From Clostridiales bacterium (GTDB taxonomy: Bacteria; Bacillota; Clostridia; Christensenellales; UBA3700), in the NCBI GenBank assembly GCA_015055975.1, contig SVHF01000004.1:5390-69389 (forward strand): a stretch of 64,000 nt of DNA, in the 5' to 3' direction. Positions 37,946 through 47,817 of the stretch are shown piece by piece (position 1 is the stretch's first letter; every line of letters starts with the position of its first letter). A program made the translations under genes and the position numbers. The notes under the pieces were generated by a model. That model had not been told where the DNA came from, did not search any database, and was given only the letters and a program-made list of their open reading frames with translations.

Positions 37946-39841
37946 CTATTTCTTCTCAATTGCCTTGAACTTACATGTTTGATAGCAAACACCACACTTA
38001 ATACACTTGTTTGGATCAATTGTGTGTTTCTCTCTTACTGTACCAGAAATAGCATATACTGGGCACTTTCTAGCACAAGCTGTACATCCCTTACAATTAT
38101 CATTAATTTCGTATCTAATTAACTTCTTACATACGCCTGCTGGACATCTTCTTTCAACGATGTGAGCTTCGTATTCTTTTCTGAAGTTCTTTAGTGTAGA
38201 TAGAACTGGGTTTGGAGCTGTTTGTCCAAGTCCACATAAAGCATTATCTTTGATGTAGTAGCAAAGTTCTTCCATCTTATCTAAGTCTTCTAATGTAGCT
38301 GTACCTTCTGTTACTTTTGTTAACATTTCAAGTAATCTTCTTGTACCAACTCTACATGGAGTACACTTACCGCAAGATTCATCTACAGTGAATTCTAGGA
38401 AGAATTTAGCGATATCTACCATACAAGTATCTTCGTCCATAACGATAAGACCACCAGATCCCATCATTGAACCGATTTTAATTAAGTTATCATAATCGAT
38501 TGGAACATCAAGATTTTCAGCTGTAATACAACCACCTGATGGACCACCAGTTTGAGCAGCCTTGAATTTCTTTCCATTTGGAACACCACCACCGATGTCT
38601 TCAACGATTTCTCTTAATGTTGTACCCATTGGAACTTCAACAAGACCTGTGTTTGTAATCTTACCGCCTAGAGCAAATACCTTTGTACCCTTAGACTTTT
38701 CTGTTCCAACTGCATTGAACCAATCTGCACCCTTCAAAATAATTTGAGCTACGTTTGCATATGTTTCAACGTTGTTTAATAATGTTGGCTTACCAAATAA
38801 ACCTTTATTTGCTGGGAATGGTGGACGAACTCTTGGTTCACCTCTCTTTCCTTCGATAGATGTCATAAGAGCTGTTTCTTCACCGCATACGAATGCGCCA
38901 GCGCCTAGACGAATATCAATATCAAACTTAAATCCTGTTCCTAAAATGTCATCGCCAAGTAAACCGTATTCTCTAGCTTGCTTGATAGCAATCTTACATC
39001 TTTCAACAGCGATTGGGTATTCAGCACGTACATAGATGTAACCTTGATGTGCTCCGATTGCATAAGCTGCGATTGACATAGCTTCCAAAATAGCATGTGG
39101 ATCACCTTCTAGAACTGATCTATCCATGAATGCACCTGGGTCACCTTCATCGGCATTACAGCAAACGTACTTAATGTCGCCCTTTGCATCATGACATAGT
39201 TGCCACTTTCTTCCTGTTGGGAAACCTGCACCACCACGACCACGAAGACCTGATGCTAAAATAGTATCTATAACTTGTTGTGGAGTCATTTCTGTTAAAG
39301 CTTTAGCAAGAGCTCTATAACCATCTCTTCCAATATATTCATCAATATTTTCTGGGTTGATTAATCCGCAGTTTCTTAAAGCTACACGATGTTGCTTTTT
39401 GTAGAAGTTTGTTTCTGATAAAGCTGGAGCTGCGTGATGATCTGCTGCTGCCTTTTCTTTATATAACAATCTTGCTACCGGTCTATCATTTAAAATGTGT
39501 TCACTTACGATTTCATCTACATCTGATTCTTTTACATAGCTGTAGAATGAACCTTCTGGGTAAACGATAACAACTGGACCTACAGCACAAAGACCGAAAC
39601 ATCCAGTTCTAATAATTTGAACATCTCCTGTTAATCCCTTTTCAGCGATTTGTTCTTGGAATCTCTTGTAAATATCATTTGAGTGATTTGATGTACATCC
39701 TGTACCACCACAAATTAATACTGTATGTCTATATTTAATGTTTTTTGCGATTCTTTCCTCTTTTGTTAGTTGATTGTCTCTGAATTCAACTATATCGCAT
39801 GTTTGCTTTTTAATAGCTTCTATATCTTTAATAGTTTTCAT
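37946..39841 (-). CDS. hydB: NuoF-like flavoprotein subunit of bifurcating hydrogenase
   Basis: Start trimmed to the ATG at 39841, after GGAGG. FMN/NADH motifs GRGGAGFPTG and CGKCTPCR, plus C-terminal 2x[4Fe-4S]. Confidence 0.9.
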   Translation of the reverse strand: MKTIKDIEAIKKQTCDIVEFRDNQLTKEERIAKNIKYRHTVLICGGTGCTSNHSNDIYKRFQEQIAEKGLTGDVQIIRTGCFGLCAVGPVVIVYPEGSFYSYVKESDVDEIVSEHILNDRPVARLLYKEKAAADHHAAPALSETNFYKKQHRVALRNCGLINPENIDEYIGRDGYRALAKALTEMTPQQVIDTILASGLRGRGGAGFPTGRKWQLCHDAKGDIKYVCCNADEGDPGAFMDRSVLEGDPHAILEAMSIAAYAIGAHQGYIYVRAEYPIAVERCKIAIKQAREYGLLGDDILGTGFKFDIDIRLGAGAFVCGEETALMTSIEGKRGEPRVRPPFPANKGLFGKPTLLNNVETYANVAQIILKGADWFNAVGTEKSKGTKVFALGGKITNTGLVEVPMGTTLREIVEDIGGGVPNGKKFKAAQTGGPSGGCITAENLDVPIDYDNLIKIGSMMGSGGLIVMDEDTCMVDIAKFFLEFTVDESCGKCTPCRVGTRRLLEMLTKVTEGTATLEDLDKMEELCYYIKDNALCGLGQTAPNPVLSTLKNFRKEYEAHIVERRCPAGVCKKLIRYEINDNCKGCTACARKCPVYAISGTVREKHTIDPNKCIKCGVCYQTCKFKAIEKK

Positions 39842-39853
39842 TTTGACCTCCAA

Positions 39854-40387
39854 CTAATTTTCCTTAGTTACTTCTTCGATTGCTTCATCGATGCCTTCGA
39901 ACTTCTTAATGATACCTTCAACCTTATCTTCTGTTAAATTACCAAATACTTCATCATTAACAGTTGCAACTGGTGCAAGTCCGCAACATCCGATACAACG
40001 ACAAGCTTCTAATGACCATTCTCTATCTGCTGTACATCCACCAACTGGAATGCCAAGTAATTCAGAGAACTTATCAATAACGGCTTGTGAACCTTTTACG
40101 TAACATGCTGTACCTAAACAAACAGATACGTGACGTCTTCCCTTTGGGTTCAACTTAAATTGCGCATAGAATGTTGTAACACCATATAACTTTTCTAGTG
40201 ATACATTAAGTTCTTCTGCGATAATTTTTTGAACTTCGATTGGAAGATAACCATAAATCTCTTGAGCTTGTTGAAGAGCTATCATTTCGCAACCATCAAT
40301 CTTTTTGATTTCTTGCAACTTTTGTCTTAACTCTTTTTCTTGCTCAGGTGTGCCATTGAAAGGAACTGTAGTCTTTTCAACTTTCAT
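39854..40387 (-). CDS. hydC: NuoE-like [2Fe-2S] subunit of bifurcating hydrogenase
   Basis: Start trimmed to the ATG at 40387, after GGAGG. Thioredoxin-like ferredoxin motifs CLGTAC...CIGCCGLAP. Confidence 0.9.
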   Translation of the reverse strand: MKVEKTTVPFNGTPEQEKELRQKLQEIKKIDGCEMIALQQAQEIYGYLPIEVQKIIAEELNVSLEKLYGVTTFYAQFKLNPKGRRHVSVCLGTACYVKGSQAVIDKFSELLGIPVGGCTADREWSLEACRCIGCCGLAPVATVNDEVFGNLTEDKVEGIIKKFEGIDEAIEEVTKEN

Positions 40388-40433
40388 ATTAAACCTCCAC
40401 AAAAAACTTTAGTTTTAAATTCTACCAAACACT

Positions 40434-40451
40434 TTGTTAAAAAAATAACAA
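40434..40451. promoter_or_regulatory. Rex-like operator TTGTTAAAAAAATAACAA upstream of hydCBA
   Basis: An 18-nt inverted repeat (TTGTTA, 6-nt spacer, TAACAA) lying 47 nt upstream of the hydC ATG. It has one mismatch to the clostridial-type Rex box TTGTTAANNNNTTAACAA as I recall it. Confidence 0.5.
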
Positions 40452-40682
40452 TTGTGATTAGTTATTATCTTACCATATATAAAATGCGCATGTAAAATAT
40501 TTATATGTAAAAAATACTTTACTTAAAAAAATGCATAATTTATTACCCTTTTTCTTATGTATGACATTTTCGCCACTCTCATTTTTGCTTTTATTATTGA
40601 TTTTGTTGTATCATTAAATAGCACAATCATCTAGTCGTTCTAAGGGAGAGAAAGATTAGTATAAAGGAGTACTACGCAAAAA

Positions 40683-41903
40683 ATGATTCTCTCTCATAAG
40701 ATTAGAATTTATCCTAATAATAAACAGAAATCTCACATTGAGAAATCTTTCGGCGTTTCTAGATTTACATATAATTGGATATTAGAAAAGTTCAATCAGC
40801 ATCAAGCAACTAATACACCTTTTTATCTTTATGAATTAAAGAAAGAGTTTAATGCTATAAAAAAAGTATCATTTCCTTTTGTTTGCGAAGTTTCTAAATA
40901 CGCATCTCAAGAAGCATTTATCGATTTTAAAGACGCTCTTCATGCATACTACAATAAAACCAAGAGGCATGTAACGTTAAAATATAAAAGCAAAAAGGAC
41001 CCTCATCAAAATTATTATGTGGGCGGAGATTTAATTCGTGTATTTCAAAAAGAAGGCATTGATAAAGATTATCTTAAATTGCCAAAAATGAACGCCTTGA
41101 AGCTCTCTGAAAAAATTCGATTTAATGGACATATCGTTGGAGTAAGAATTATAAGAGAACATAATATATATTATGTTGTTGTAAATATTAATACTGAACA
41201 TCATATGAGTTCTATATCAAAGCCCAATTTCTCTGTTGGGATAGATTTGGGCATTAAACACCATATAACTTTATCTAATGGTCTTCAAATTGATTACCCT
41301 AACCTCTCTAGCCTAATAAATAGAATTAATTTTATGCAACGTATATTATCAAGGAAGAATCATCCGAGAACCAAAGATGACAAGACCCCTTGTTCAAATA
41401 ATTACATAAAGCAAAAGGCCAAACTCATAAATCTATATCGAAGGCTAGATAATGTTAAGCGCGATTATGAGAAAAAAGTAACGTCGATACTTGTAAACCA
41501 CTATAGTGATATATGCATCGAAGATTTATCTGTTGAGCATATGAAACACAATCGTTTTGTCGCTAAAAACTTACAGTTCATGAGTTTTAATAAAATAAGA
41601 ACAAATCTCGAGTATAAATGTAGTGAATATGGATCTAATTTACATATCGCAAATCGATTGTTTGCATCATCAAAAATATGTAGCAATTGTGGAGTCGCTA
41701 AGACAAAGTTAAAGCCTAGCACTCGTATTTATAAATGCCATAATTGCGGATTGTCTATTGATCGAGATTTAAATGCAGCGATAAATCTTAAAAACTACAT
41801 AGGGCGGGTTACGTCCGATATTATGCCTTTGGACTTAGATTCATTTATTGCAGATTGTAAAAAATCAAATGTAAATGTTTTTAGGATTGAAGAAGGAAGA
41901 TAG
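40683..41903 (+). mobile_element. tnpB: solo TnpB (IS200/IS605-family OrfB, IS1341-like); no tnpA gene
   Basis: 406 aa. The RuvC triad candidates are present (VGIDLGIKHH, ICIEDLSV, DRDLNAAINL) together with the zinc ribbon CSNCG...CHNCG. Element ends are not determined. Confidence 0.85.
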
Positions 41904-41957
41904 TTGATTAATTTCATAAATCTATCATAACAGTATGAACCGGGCGCTCAAAAAAAT

Positions 41958-41984
41958 AGACAGGATTTCACCTGTCTGTTTTTT
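41958..41984. terminator. hairpin AGACAGG-atttca-CCTGTCT with flanking A and T runs (bidirectional)
   Basis: Lies between the tnpB 3' region and the 3' end of the tRNA pair. Confidence 0.6.
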
Positions 41985-42062
41985 TGGTAGCGGCGGTCGG
42001 ATTCGAACCAACGATATCCGAGGTATGAACTCGGCGCTATAGACCAACTAAGCTACGCCGCC
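41985..42062 (-). tRNA. tRNA with a CAU anticodon (elongator Met or lysidine-type Ile2)
   Basis: The reverse complement folds as a cloverleaf: acceptor GGCGGCG/CGCCGCT, anticodon stem CCGAG/CTCGG, loop TTCATAC, T-loop GGTTCGAATCC and an encoded CCA. Confidence 0.85.
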
Positions 42063-42070
42063 ATATCTTT

Positions 42071-42145
<75 letters not shown>

Positions 42146-42205
42146 ATACGATGCTTACATATCTTAATTTATTAAAATTGGGTTTGTCAAGTGTTTTTCG
42201 CTGTG

Positions 42206-43075
42206 CTACATTTGCAATTGTCCAAGTTTATATTGCAAATAACCCTCTTGATTGTCTGACTCTCTAACTATAAGAAAGTCTTTATTTAATTTTTTCATTA
42301 TTTTCATTATAAGGATTCCGCCGCCAACAATAACATCTCGTCTTTTCAAAGATAAACCTTTAACGGCTCCTCTATCTTCCATAGGAAGTACCCTTATTCT
42401 TTCAACTGCATTCTTTATATCTTCATATGTTAATTTAAAGAAATCTACTTTCTTTGAATCGTATATTTCCATTTCCATTGCAATTGCTGCAAAAGATGAA
42501 GCTGTTCCTCCAATAGATATTAAAGTATCAAAAGTAGGAATTTCCCCATAATCTTTAATTTTACTATCTATATATTCTTCAGCTTTTTCAACGTCTTCTG
42601 CACAAACATCTTTTATCTTTACTATTCCAATAGGAATACTCTTTGCATATATAAGCCCATTTTCATCGCCAACGGCAATCTCGCTACTTGCTCCACCCAC
42701 ATCCATTACGGCCACTCTTCCGCCGTAATATGCGCCCGCAAAGCCGAGCTTTGCTTCGTTTTGTGCTGGAATAAGATCAACATCTATTCCCATATCTTTT
42801 AATCGGCCTAAAAAGACATCTTTATTCTTTGCGCTTCTTACTGCTTCTGTAGCAAATGGCCAAACATAATCTGCGCCCTTTTCTTTTGCGTATTCCACTA
42901 GCTCTTTTATTACTTTTATTGTACGAGACATAGCTTCGTCATCAAGCAATCCTGTGTTTGCCAAATTATAGGCCAATTGAGTTCTAACAACTTTTTTATC
43001 CTCAATTGCCTCTTTGCCATTACTTAAAAGTAATCTTATCGAATTTGAGCCAATGTCTATAATGCCGTATATCAT
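42206..43075 (-). CDS. Ppx/GppA-family phosphatase
   Basis: Start trimmed to MIYGIIDIGSNSIRLLL (ATG at 43075). ASKHA-fold motifs DIGSNS and DVGGASSE. The RBS is weak. Confidence 0.75.
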   Translation of the reverse strand: MIYGIIDIGSNSIRLLLSNGKEAIEDKKVVRTQLAYNLANTGLLDDEAMSRTIKVIKELVEYAKEKGADYVWPFATEAVRSAKNKDVFLGRLKDMGIDVDLIPAQNEAKLGFAGAYYGGRVAVMDVGGASSEIAVGDENGLIYAKSIPIGIVKIKDVCAEDVEKAEEYIDSKIKDYGEIPTFDTLISIGGTASSFAAIAMEMEIYDSKKVDFFKLTYEDIKNAVERIRVLPMEDRGAVKGLSLKRRDVIVGGGILIMKIMKKLNKDFLIVRESDNQEGYLQYKLGQLQM

Positions 43076-43172
43076 ACTTGTTTTATTATATACTATGGCA
43101 AAAATTTTTGAAACAAAAACGCTTGACACTAAATTATTCAATATATTATATTAATTAAGCATTCTAATGCAT

Positions 43173-43247
43173 GGCCCCATGGTCAAGCGGTTAAGACATC
43201 ACCCTTTCACGGTGGTATCGTGGGTTCAATTCCCGCTGGGGTCACCA
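43173..43247 (+). tRNA. tRNA-Glu (UUC)
   Basis: Acceptor GGCCCCA/TGGGGTC, anticodon loop CTTTCAC, T-loop GGTTCAATTCC and an encoded CCA. Confidence 0.88.
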
Positions 43248-43273
43248 AAAAACAAGTTTTTACGAACGGAAAT

Positions 43274-43296
43274 AGACACTGTTAAGTGTCTTTTTT
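43274..43296 (+). terminator. intrinsic terminator after tRNA-Glu
   Basis: AGACACT-gtta-AGTGTCT followed by TTTTTT. Confidence 0.7.
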
Positions 43297-43610
43297 CTTG
43301 CTCTGAAATATTAATTTTACTCGATAAATACTACATTTCTCGCTATATGACAAAAAAATATATCCACGTTTTGTGTGATGAATAAATAAAAAACTTTATG
43401 ACAAAAAAACTTCATTTTTTACAAAAATCCGAGATTTACAACTAAGATGCAAATATTTAAAACCTTCGATAATATCTACATAATTTTAACTCTATATATT
43501 GTTGTATTTCTCGGATATGAATATATTTCTCGGATATTAAATCCAATAAAATCAACACATAACAAATATAATTTAGACCAATTATAGCCTAGAACAAACT
43601 TTTGCGAACC

Positions 43611-43814
43611 CTATTTAACATCTGATATTCCCAATAAATAGTCTACTGAACATTCAAAAACTCTAGCAAGATCAATCAATTGATGAGCTAATGGCTCTCT
43701 TTCGCCTCTTTCCCATGCAGAAATACTACTTTGCCCTGTTGATAACAAATCAGCTAATTCTTTTTGAGACAACTGTCTTTCTTTTCTTAATTCTTTTAAT
43801 CTAACATCAAACAT
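43611..43814 (-). CDS. XRE-family helix-turn-helix regulator
   Basis: 67 aa with an HTH_3 pattern (LSQKELADLLSTGQSSISAWERGEREP). Confidence 0.85.
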   Translation of the reverse strand: MFDVRLKELRKERQLSQKELADLLSTGQSSISAWERGEREPLAHQLIDLARVFECSVDYLLGISDVK

Positions 43815-43968
43815 CCTAATCTAAATATATCACAAAACAAATAAAAGCTGACCCCCAAAATTATACCAATAATGGAGCCCAGCCCTCTATTATGTAAATG
43901 ATTATATAATTATTCTATTTGTTTTTTTAATTGCCCATCTATTTTAGTTCATAGCTTTATTTATTCTA

Positions 43969-45288
43969 TTATTCAACTTCTTCATCAATCGGACTGTCCA
44001 TAACAGAATCATCTATTTCTTCTAAATCATCTTCTTTATTTGACTCAATAGGCTCTTCTACAGCCAATCTCAAAGCATTTAATTCTAAATGAGATACCTT
44101 CCATTTTGTTAATTTAACCGGCAAGAATAATAAATATATGCCAAATGTTATAATTCCTAAAAAACACCATAAAATCCACTTTCCTAAAAGTTGTAGTCCA
44201 TTACCATTAAAATGTAACCTATACCCATTATAAGTAATATGTTTTGCTTCCCATTTCATCATTAAAGTTACTGCAATTGGCCTTAACAAACCAAGAGAAA
44301 CTAAAGATATTAAACCTGTTAATAATTTCCAACCAATATATTGGATAATATAACCATCAAATTTTGACTCAACATTATCTTTGCCTCCGACCATATCTGT
44401 ATGCTTAACAACCCATGCCTTCATTTTGACACTTACAAAAAACGCATATATTCCAAATGTTATTAAGATTAAAAATAGCCATAATATCCATTTACCTAGC
44501 AATTGAACTCCATTGCCATTAAATGACAACCTTCTACCATTAATAACACTATGATTGCATTTCCATCGTTCTACAAAAGTTATAGCAAAAGGTAAAGCTA
44601 TTCCCAATGTAATTAATGTCAATATTCCTCCCAATATCTTCCATCCAATATATTGGAATGTATTTCCATCAAATTTAGATTTACCATCAAATTCTAATTG
44701 AATATTACTATTATGCAAAAGTTTTGCGTCTTCAATATTTTGTGGCGAATCTATTTTGTTTTGCTCAGCTTCTTTTTGCTTCAACAAAAGTCTTTTCTTA
44801 GCATTCTTTGGATCATAAACAACTGCAATACACCATTGAGCAATTATAACTATTAACATTAAAATTAATTGAAATATTATTAGCGATAATCGCCCGCTAT
44901 CTTTATACAAATATAAGTGTGGTATTGTTAAAAATCCCTCCCATAGAAACCATCCTATTTGCAAAACATTAGAAGTTATTATTAATCCTAAAATGCTTTT
45001 CGTAACTGTTTTATTCTTCAAACGCTTAGATAATCTATTTATCGAAACCCCCGTCAATATAAGTGGAATCAAATAAAAAACGACAGTAATGGCCCCATTT
45101 AAAACCATCGTATCCACTTTTTGACGAGTGCTAAGCATATCATCTGAAGGAATATTAAATATACCAACTATATTAGATATCAAATATCCCAAATAATAAA
45201 TAAAACATATTACTTCTGTTATTAAAACAATCTTTGTGTCCGTCGAATTGTATAAAAGTTCAACATTTTCTTTTACGCGCTTAGACAT
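43969..45288 (-). CDS. polytopic membrane protein with a duplicated DUF898 (YjgN)-like module
   Basis: 439 aa. Two copies of FDG..QYIGWK...TLG...(N)GRRL.FNGNG.QLLGKWILW...TFGIY. Confidence 0.7.
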   Translation of the reverse strand: MSKRVKENVELLYNSTDTKIVLITEVICFIYYLGYLISNIVGIFNIPSDDMLSTRQKVDTMVLNGAITVVFYLIPLILTGVSINRLSKRLKNKTVTKSILGLIITSNVLQIGWFLWEGFLTIPHLYLYKDSGRLSLIIFQLILMLIVIIAQWCIAVVYDPKNAKKRLLLKQKEAEQNKIDSPQNIEDAKLLHNSNIQLEFDGKSKFDGNTFQYIGWKILGGILTLITLGIALPFAITFVERWKCNHSVINGRRLSFNGNGVQLLGKWILWLFLILITFGIYAFFVSVKMKAWVVKHTDMVGGKDNVESKFDGYIIQYIGWKLLTGLISLVSLGLLRPIAVTLMMKWEAKHITYNGYRLHFNGNGLQLLGKWILWCFLGIITFGIYLLFLPVKLTKWKVSHLELNALRLAVEEPIESNKEDDLEEIDDSVMDSPIDEEVE

Positions 45289-45760
45289 AAAACCCCCAAA
45301 ATTTTAAAATTATTAAAATGTAAGCCTGGAATCTAGTAAAAAATAAAAGTTTTCCACAATAAATTGTGGTTTCCTTAATAATTAAAGTGTAAATGATGAT
45401 GATGATGATGATAGTCAATACTGTTTTTTTAATTTCTTTGCTTTTATACTCAAAATTTACAAATTTTAACAGATTTTTTGTTAAAAGTTTTCCACAATTT
45501 ATAAAACTACAATTGACGTGCTTCGGACTCCTCTTTTTTTACTTCGCCTCCTTAATTAAGTTAATGTATTTAGTATTGAATTTTCTTTATATCTAAAAGC
45601 ATATGTTTGTCCCCTCCAAAGGGAAATAAATATGACTTAAGCAATTAAATTCACTGACTTTAAAGATAATATTGATTTCTTTATCCTTTTCCACGTCCTG
45701 CACATGTGCATATGTATGCTTTGCGGAGGCTACATAAAAAAAATAGGAGGATTACAAGAT

Positions 45761-46030
45761 ATGCAAAAAGTAGTTTATTCAGTAACAAGGGTTATGAAGG
45801 AAGATAACCTAAAGGTTAAGGGAGTTGGGTACATCTCAGATACCGATCTTTTAATTCTAGCAATCAGTAAGGATAATAACCCTTACATAAGAGTATTTGA
45901 GGACTGTATTAAATATTGCCATCAAATTAACAATTCAGATGCATACAAAGGTACTTACTACGAAATGGATGAATACGAAGGACATGATTACCAACGTACA
46001 TTCTATATTTGGTACAAGCTATTAGCTTAG
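45761..46030 (+). CDS. hypothetical 89-aa protein
   Basis: Start trimmed to the ATG at 45761, after TAGGAGG. First gene of a tightly packed plus-strand cassette. Confidence 0.6.
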   Translation: MQKVVYSVTRVMKEDNLKVKGVGYISDTDLLILAISKDNNPYIRVFEDCIKYCHQINNSDAYKGTYYEMDEYEGHDYQRTFYIWYKLLA

Positions 46031-46041
46031 GAGGTACAGAT

Positions 46042-46329
46042 ATGAAAAATAAATATTATAACGAATCAATAGATAAAGAACTTTTCAAGTTTGAATATGA
46101 ATACTTCGATGGATATGATTTCATCACATTAAATATGATAGACATAGATTTCATAAGAAGCAAGATAACAATAGAAGTTACAAATAGAGGCAGGTTATAC
46201 CCTGTCTCTTTTCAATTATTTACAGACAACAATGGCTGTTATTTCTTCTATGGAAACTATCCATACGTAGAAAAGATATATGCAACAGACTTCATTTACA
46301 AGGACCAACCAAATGTTGGACGAATATAA
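46042..46329 (+). CDS. hypothetical 95-aa protein
   Basis: Start trimmed to the ATG at 46042, after AGGAGG. Confidence 0.6.
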   Translation: MKNKYYNESIDKELFKFEYEYFDGYDFITLNMIDIDFIRSKITIEVTNRGRLYPVSFQLFTDNNGCYFFYGNYPYVEKIYATDFIYKDQPNVGRI

Positions 46330-46378
46330 AAACATAAATAATAACATGCAGGATTTGCCTGCTAAGGAGGATTAAAAC

Positions 46379-46927
46379 ATGGATAACACAGTATCAGTAG
46401 TTATAGGGTCTTGGGGCTCATATAACGAATGTAACGAAAGAGCTTTAGGCTCTAAATGGATTAAGTTAAACGACTATGAATCTTATGAAGACATAGAAGA
46501 AGAACTTAAAAACGAAGGATTTGAACTTGAAGGAATAGACGAAGAGCTATTTATTCAAGATATCGAAGGACTTCCAGCAAATGATGTTAATTGGGATTAT
46601 ATGCATCCTGAACGTTTATTTAATGTATTAAAAGCTAGTGGCGTTCTTGATCATAAATACCAATACAAAACTATGTGTGCTTACTTGGAGGTTAGAAGTT
46701 GGAATGACTTTGAAGATAAAGTGAACACTCATGAAGATAGATGGGATTCAGATGTATATACATACGAAGGATCTTGGGCTGACTATGGAGAAGAAATGTT
46801 TAGAAATATGGGATATAACCTTCCAGAACATTTAGAGAATTTCTTTGATTTCGAAGAATACGGTAGATACATAGGTAGTGATTATGCCGAGGAATACTCA
46901 GAAGGCATCATTGAAATTGTAGCGTAG
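46379..46927 (+). CDS. ardA: ArdA-type anti-restriction protein
   Basis: 182 aa and highly acidic. The N-terminal IGSWGSYNEC...WI and C-terminal GIIEIVA parallel Tn916 ArdA as I recall it. Confidence 0.75.
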   Translation: MDNTVSVVIGSWGSYNECNERALGSKWIKLNDYESYEDIEEELKNEGFELEGIDEELFIQDIEGLPANDVNWDYMHPERLFNVLKASGVLDHKYQYKTMCAYLEVRSWNDFEDKVNTHEDRWDSDVYTYEGSWADYGEEMFRNMGYNLPEHLENFFDFEEYGRYIGSDYAEEYSEGIIEIVA

Positions 46928-46940
46928 GAGGTAAAGAAAA

Positions 46941-47288
46941 ATGCTTACATATAAACTTAGAAATTTCTATGGTGGAGATTACACCATTGCACCGCTAAAA
47001 ACAAATTATGCCAGGGATAATTCTCTGGCTATTGTTTTATATGACGTTAAAAACAAAGAAACATTTGAGGTCATATCAACAAACTTAGTCTTCTCTATTG
47101 AACTAAACGAAGATGAAGCATTTATAGATACATCAAAAGAATGGGCTATTAGATTCATCGAAGAAAACAAGTTAGCAAAGAAAATACAAAGAATGGCTAT
47201 ATCTGGATTTTGTAAATACCAAGCATATAAATTCGATTTAGACAAAATCAACCCACAAGAAGCTCCATATAGAGCAAATAACAGATAA
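46941..47288 (+). CDS. hypothetical 115-aa protein (possibly DUF4313-like)
   Basis: Strong AGGAGG RBS. The pattern ...LAIVLYD...EAFIDTS...ISGFCKYQAYKF recalls DUF4313, but I hold that assignment with low certainty. Confidence 0.6.
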   Translation: MLTYKLRNFYGGDYTIAPLKTNYARDNSLAIVLYDVKNKETFEVISTNLVFSIELNEDEAFIDTSKEWAIRFIEENKLAKKIQRMAISGFCKYQAYKFDLDKINPQEAPYRANNR

Positions 47289-47325
47289 TACACGCAGCAT
47301 ATGGCTGCAAAGGAGATATAAAACT

Positions 47326-47745
47326 ATGGAAAACAATTTAAGACAACAACAAAAAGAAGTAGCAATCAAGTTAATGGAAACTATGGACTTATATAAGCCA
47401 TACATTAAAGCTTTCAAAGAACACGACACAATCACTATGTATGAACAATATGGTGGATACTACATCGAGGACGATGAAAATCTATTAAACAATATCCGAG
47501 AGTTTGAAAAAGAACATAACTGCTTAGTATATGCCGTAACACATGAATATACATCTTTCGGTGAATGTTATGACTATCTAATCGTTCCTCAATACAAAGA
47601 AGAGTGGGATGACATCATCTCATACTCTAATCAAACAAAACATGTAATATTCGCATATGTAAGAAATGTCGATGATGAATGGTGTAGCGAATTTGGCGAC
47701 ATCACTGTTAACCAATTTGGAGGCGGCTTAGCCAGAGTTGCCTAA
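47326..47745 (+). CDS. hypothetical 139-aa protein
   Basis: AAAGGAG RBS. No recognised motif. Confidence 0.6.
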   Translation: MENNLRQQQKEVAIKLMETMDLYKPYIKAFKEHDTITMYEQYGGYYIEDDENLLNNIREFEKEHNCLVYAVTHEYTSFGECYDYLIVPQYKEEWDDIISYSNQTKHVIFAYVRNVDDEWCSEFGDITVNQFGGGLARVA

Positions 47746-47787
47746 TGATAAACACAAACAATCGCTACGGATACAAACTATATTCAA

Positions 47788-47817
47788 AGGGGTGCTCACA
47801 AGGTGCCCCTCTTTTTA
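47788..47817 (+). terminator. intrinsic terminator inside the anti-defence cassette
   Basis: AGGGGTGC-tcacaag-GTGCCCCT (including two G:U pairs) followed by CTTTTT. Confidence 0.6.

Noticed and set aside
43167-43385. 72-aa ORF
   Set aside because: It overlaps tRNA-Glu and its terminator.
43363-43385. Short shared words (TATCCAC, TTTTGTGT) near 43370 and 63836-63850, considered as attL/attR cores of the island
   Set aside because: The shared core is only 7-8 bp, the words occur in a different order at the two sites, and they are AT-rich. This is not distinguishable from chance without an empty-site comparison.
43889-43899. ATTATGTAAAT, a 10/11 match to the XerD-arm half of a Bacillus-type dif site, considered as a Xer-dependent integration site for the phage-like element
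   Set aside because: Only one arm matches, and the XerC-arm position shows no similarity. A rough estimate suggests that a 10/11 match to an AT-rich 11-mer is expected by chance in 128 kb of two-strand AT-rich sequence.
45393-45596. 67-aa ORF starting MMMMMM
   Set aside because: It is created by an (ATG)6 microsatellite in AT-rich intergenic DNA, and its Phe/Leu-rich product has no RBS.
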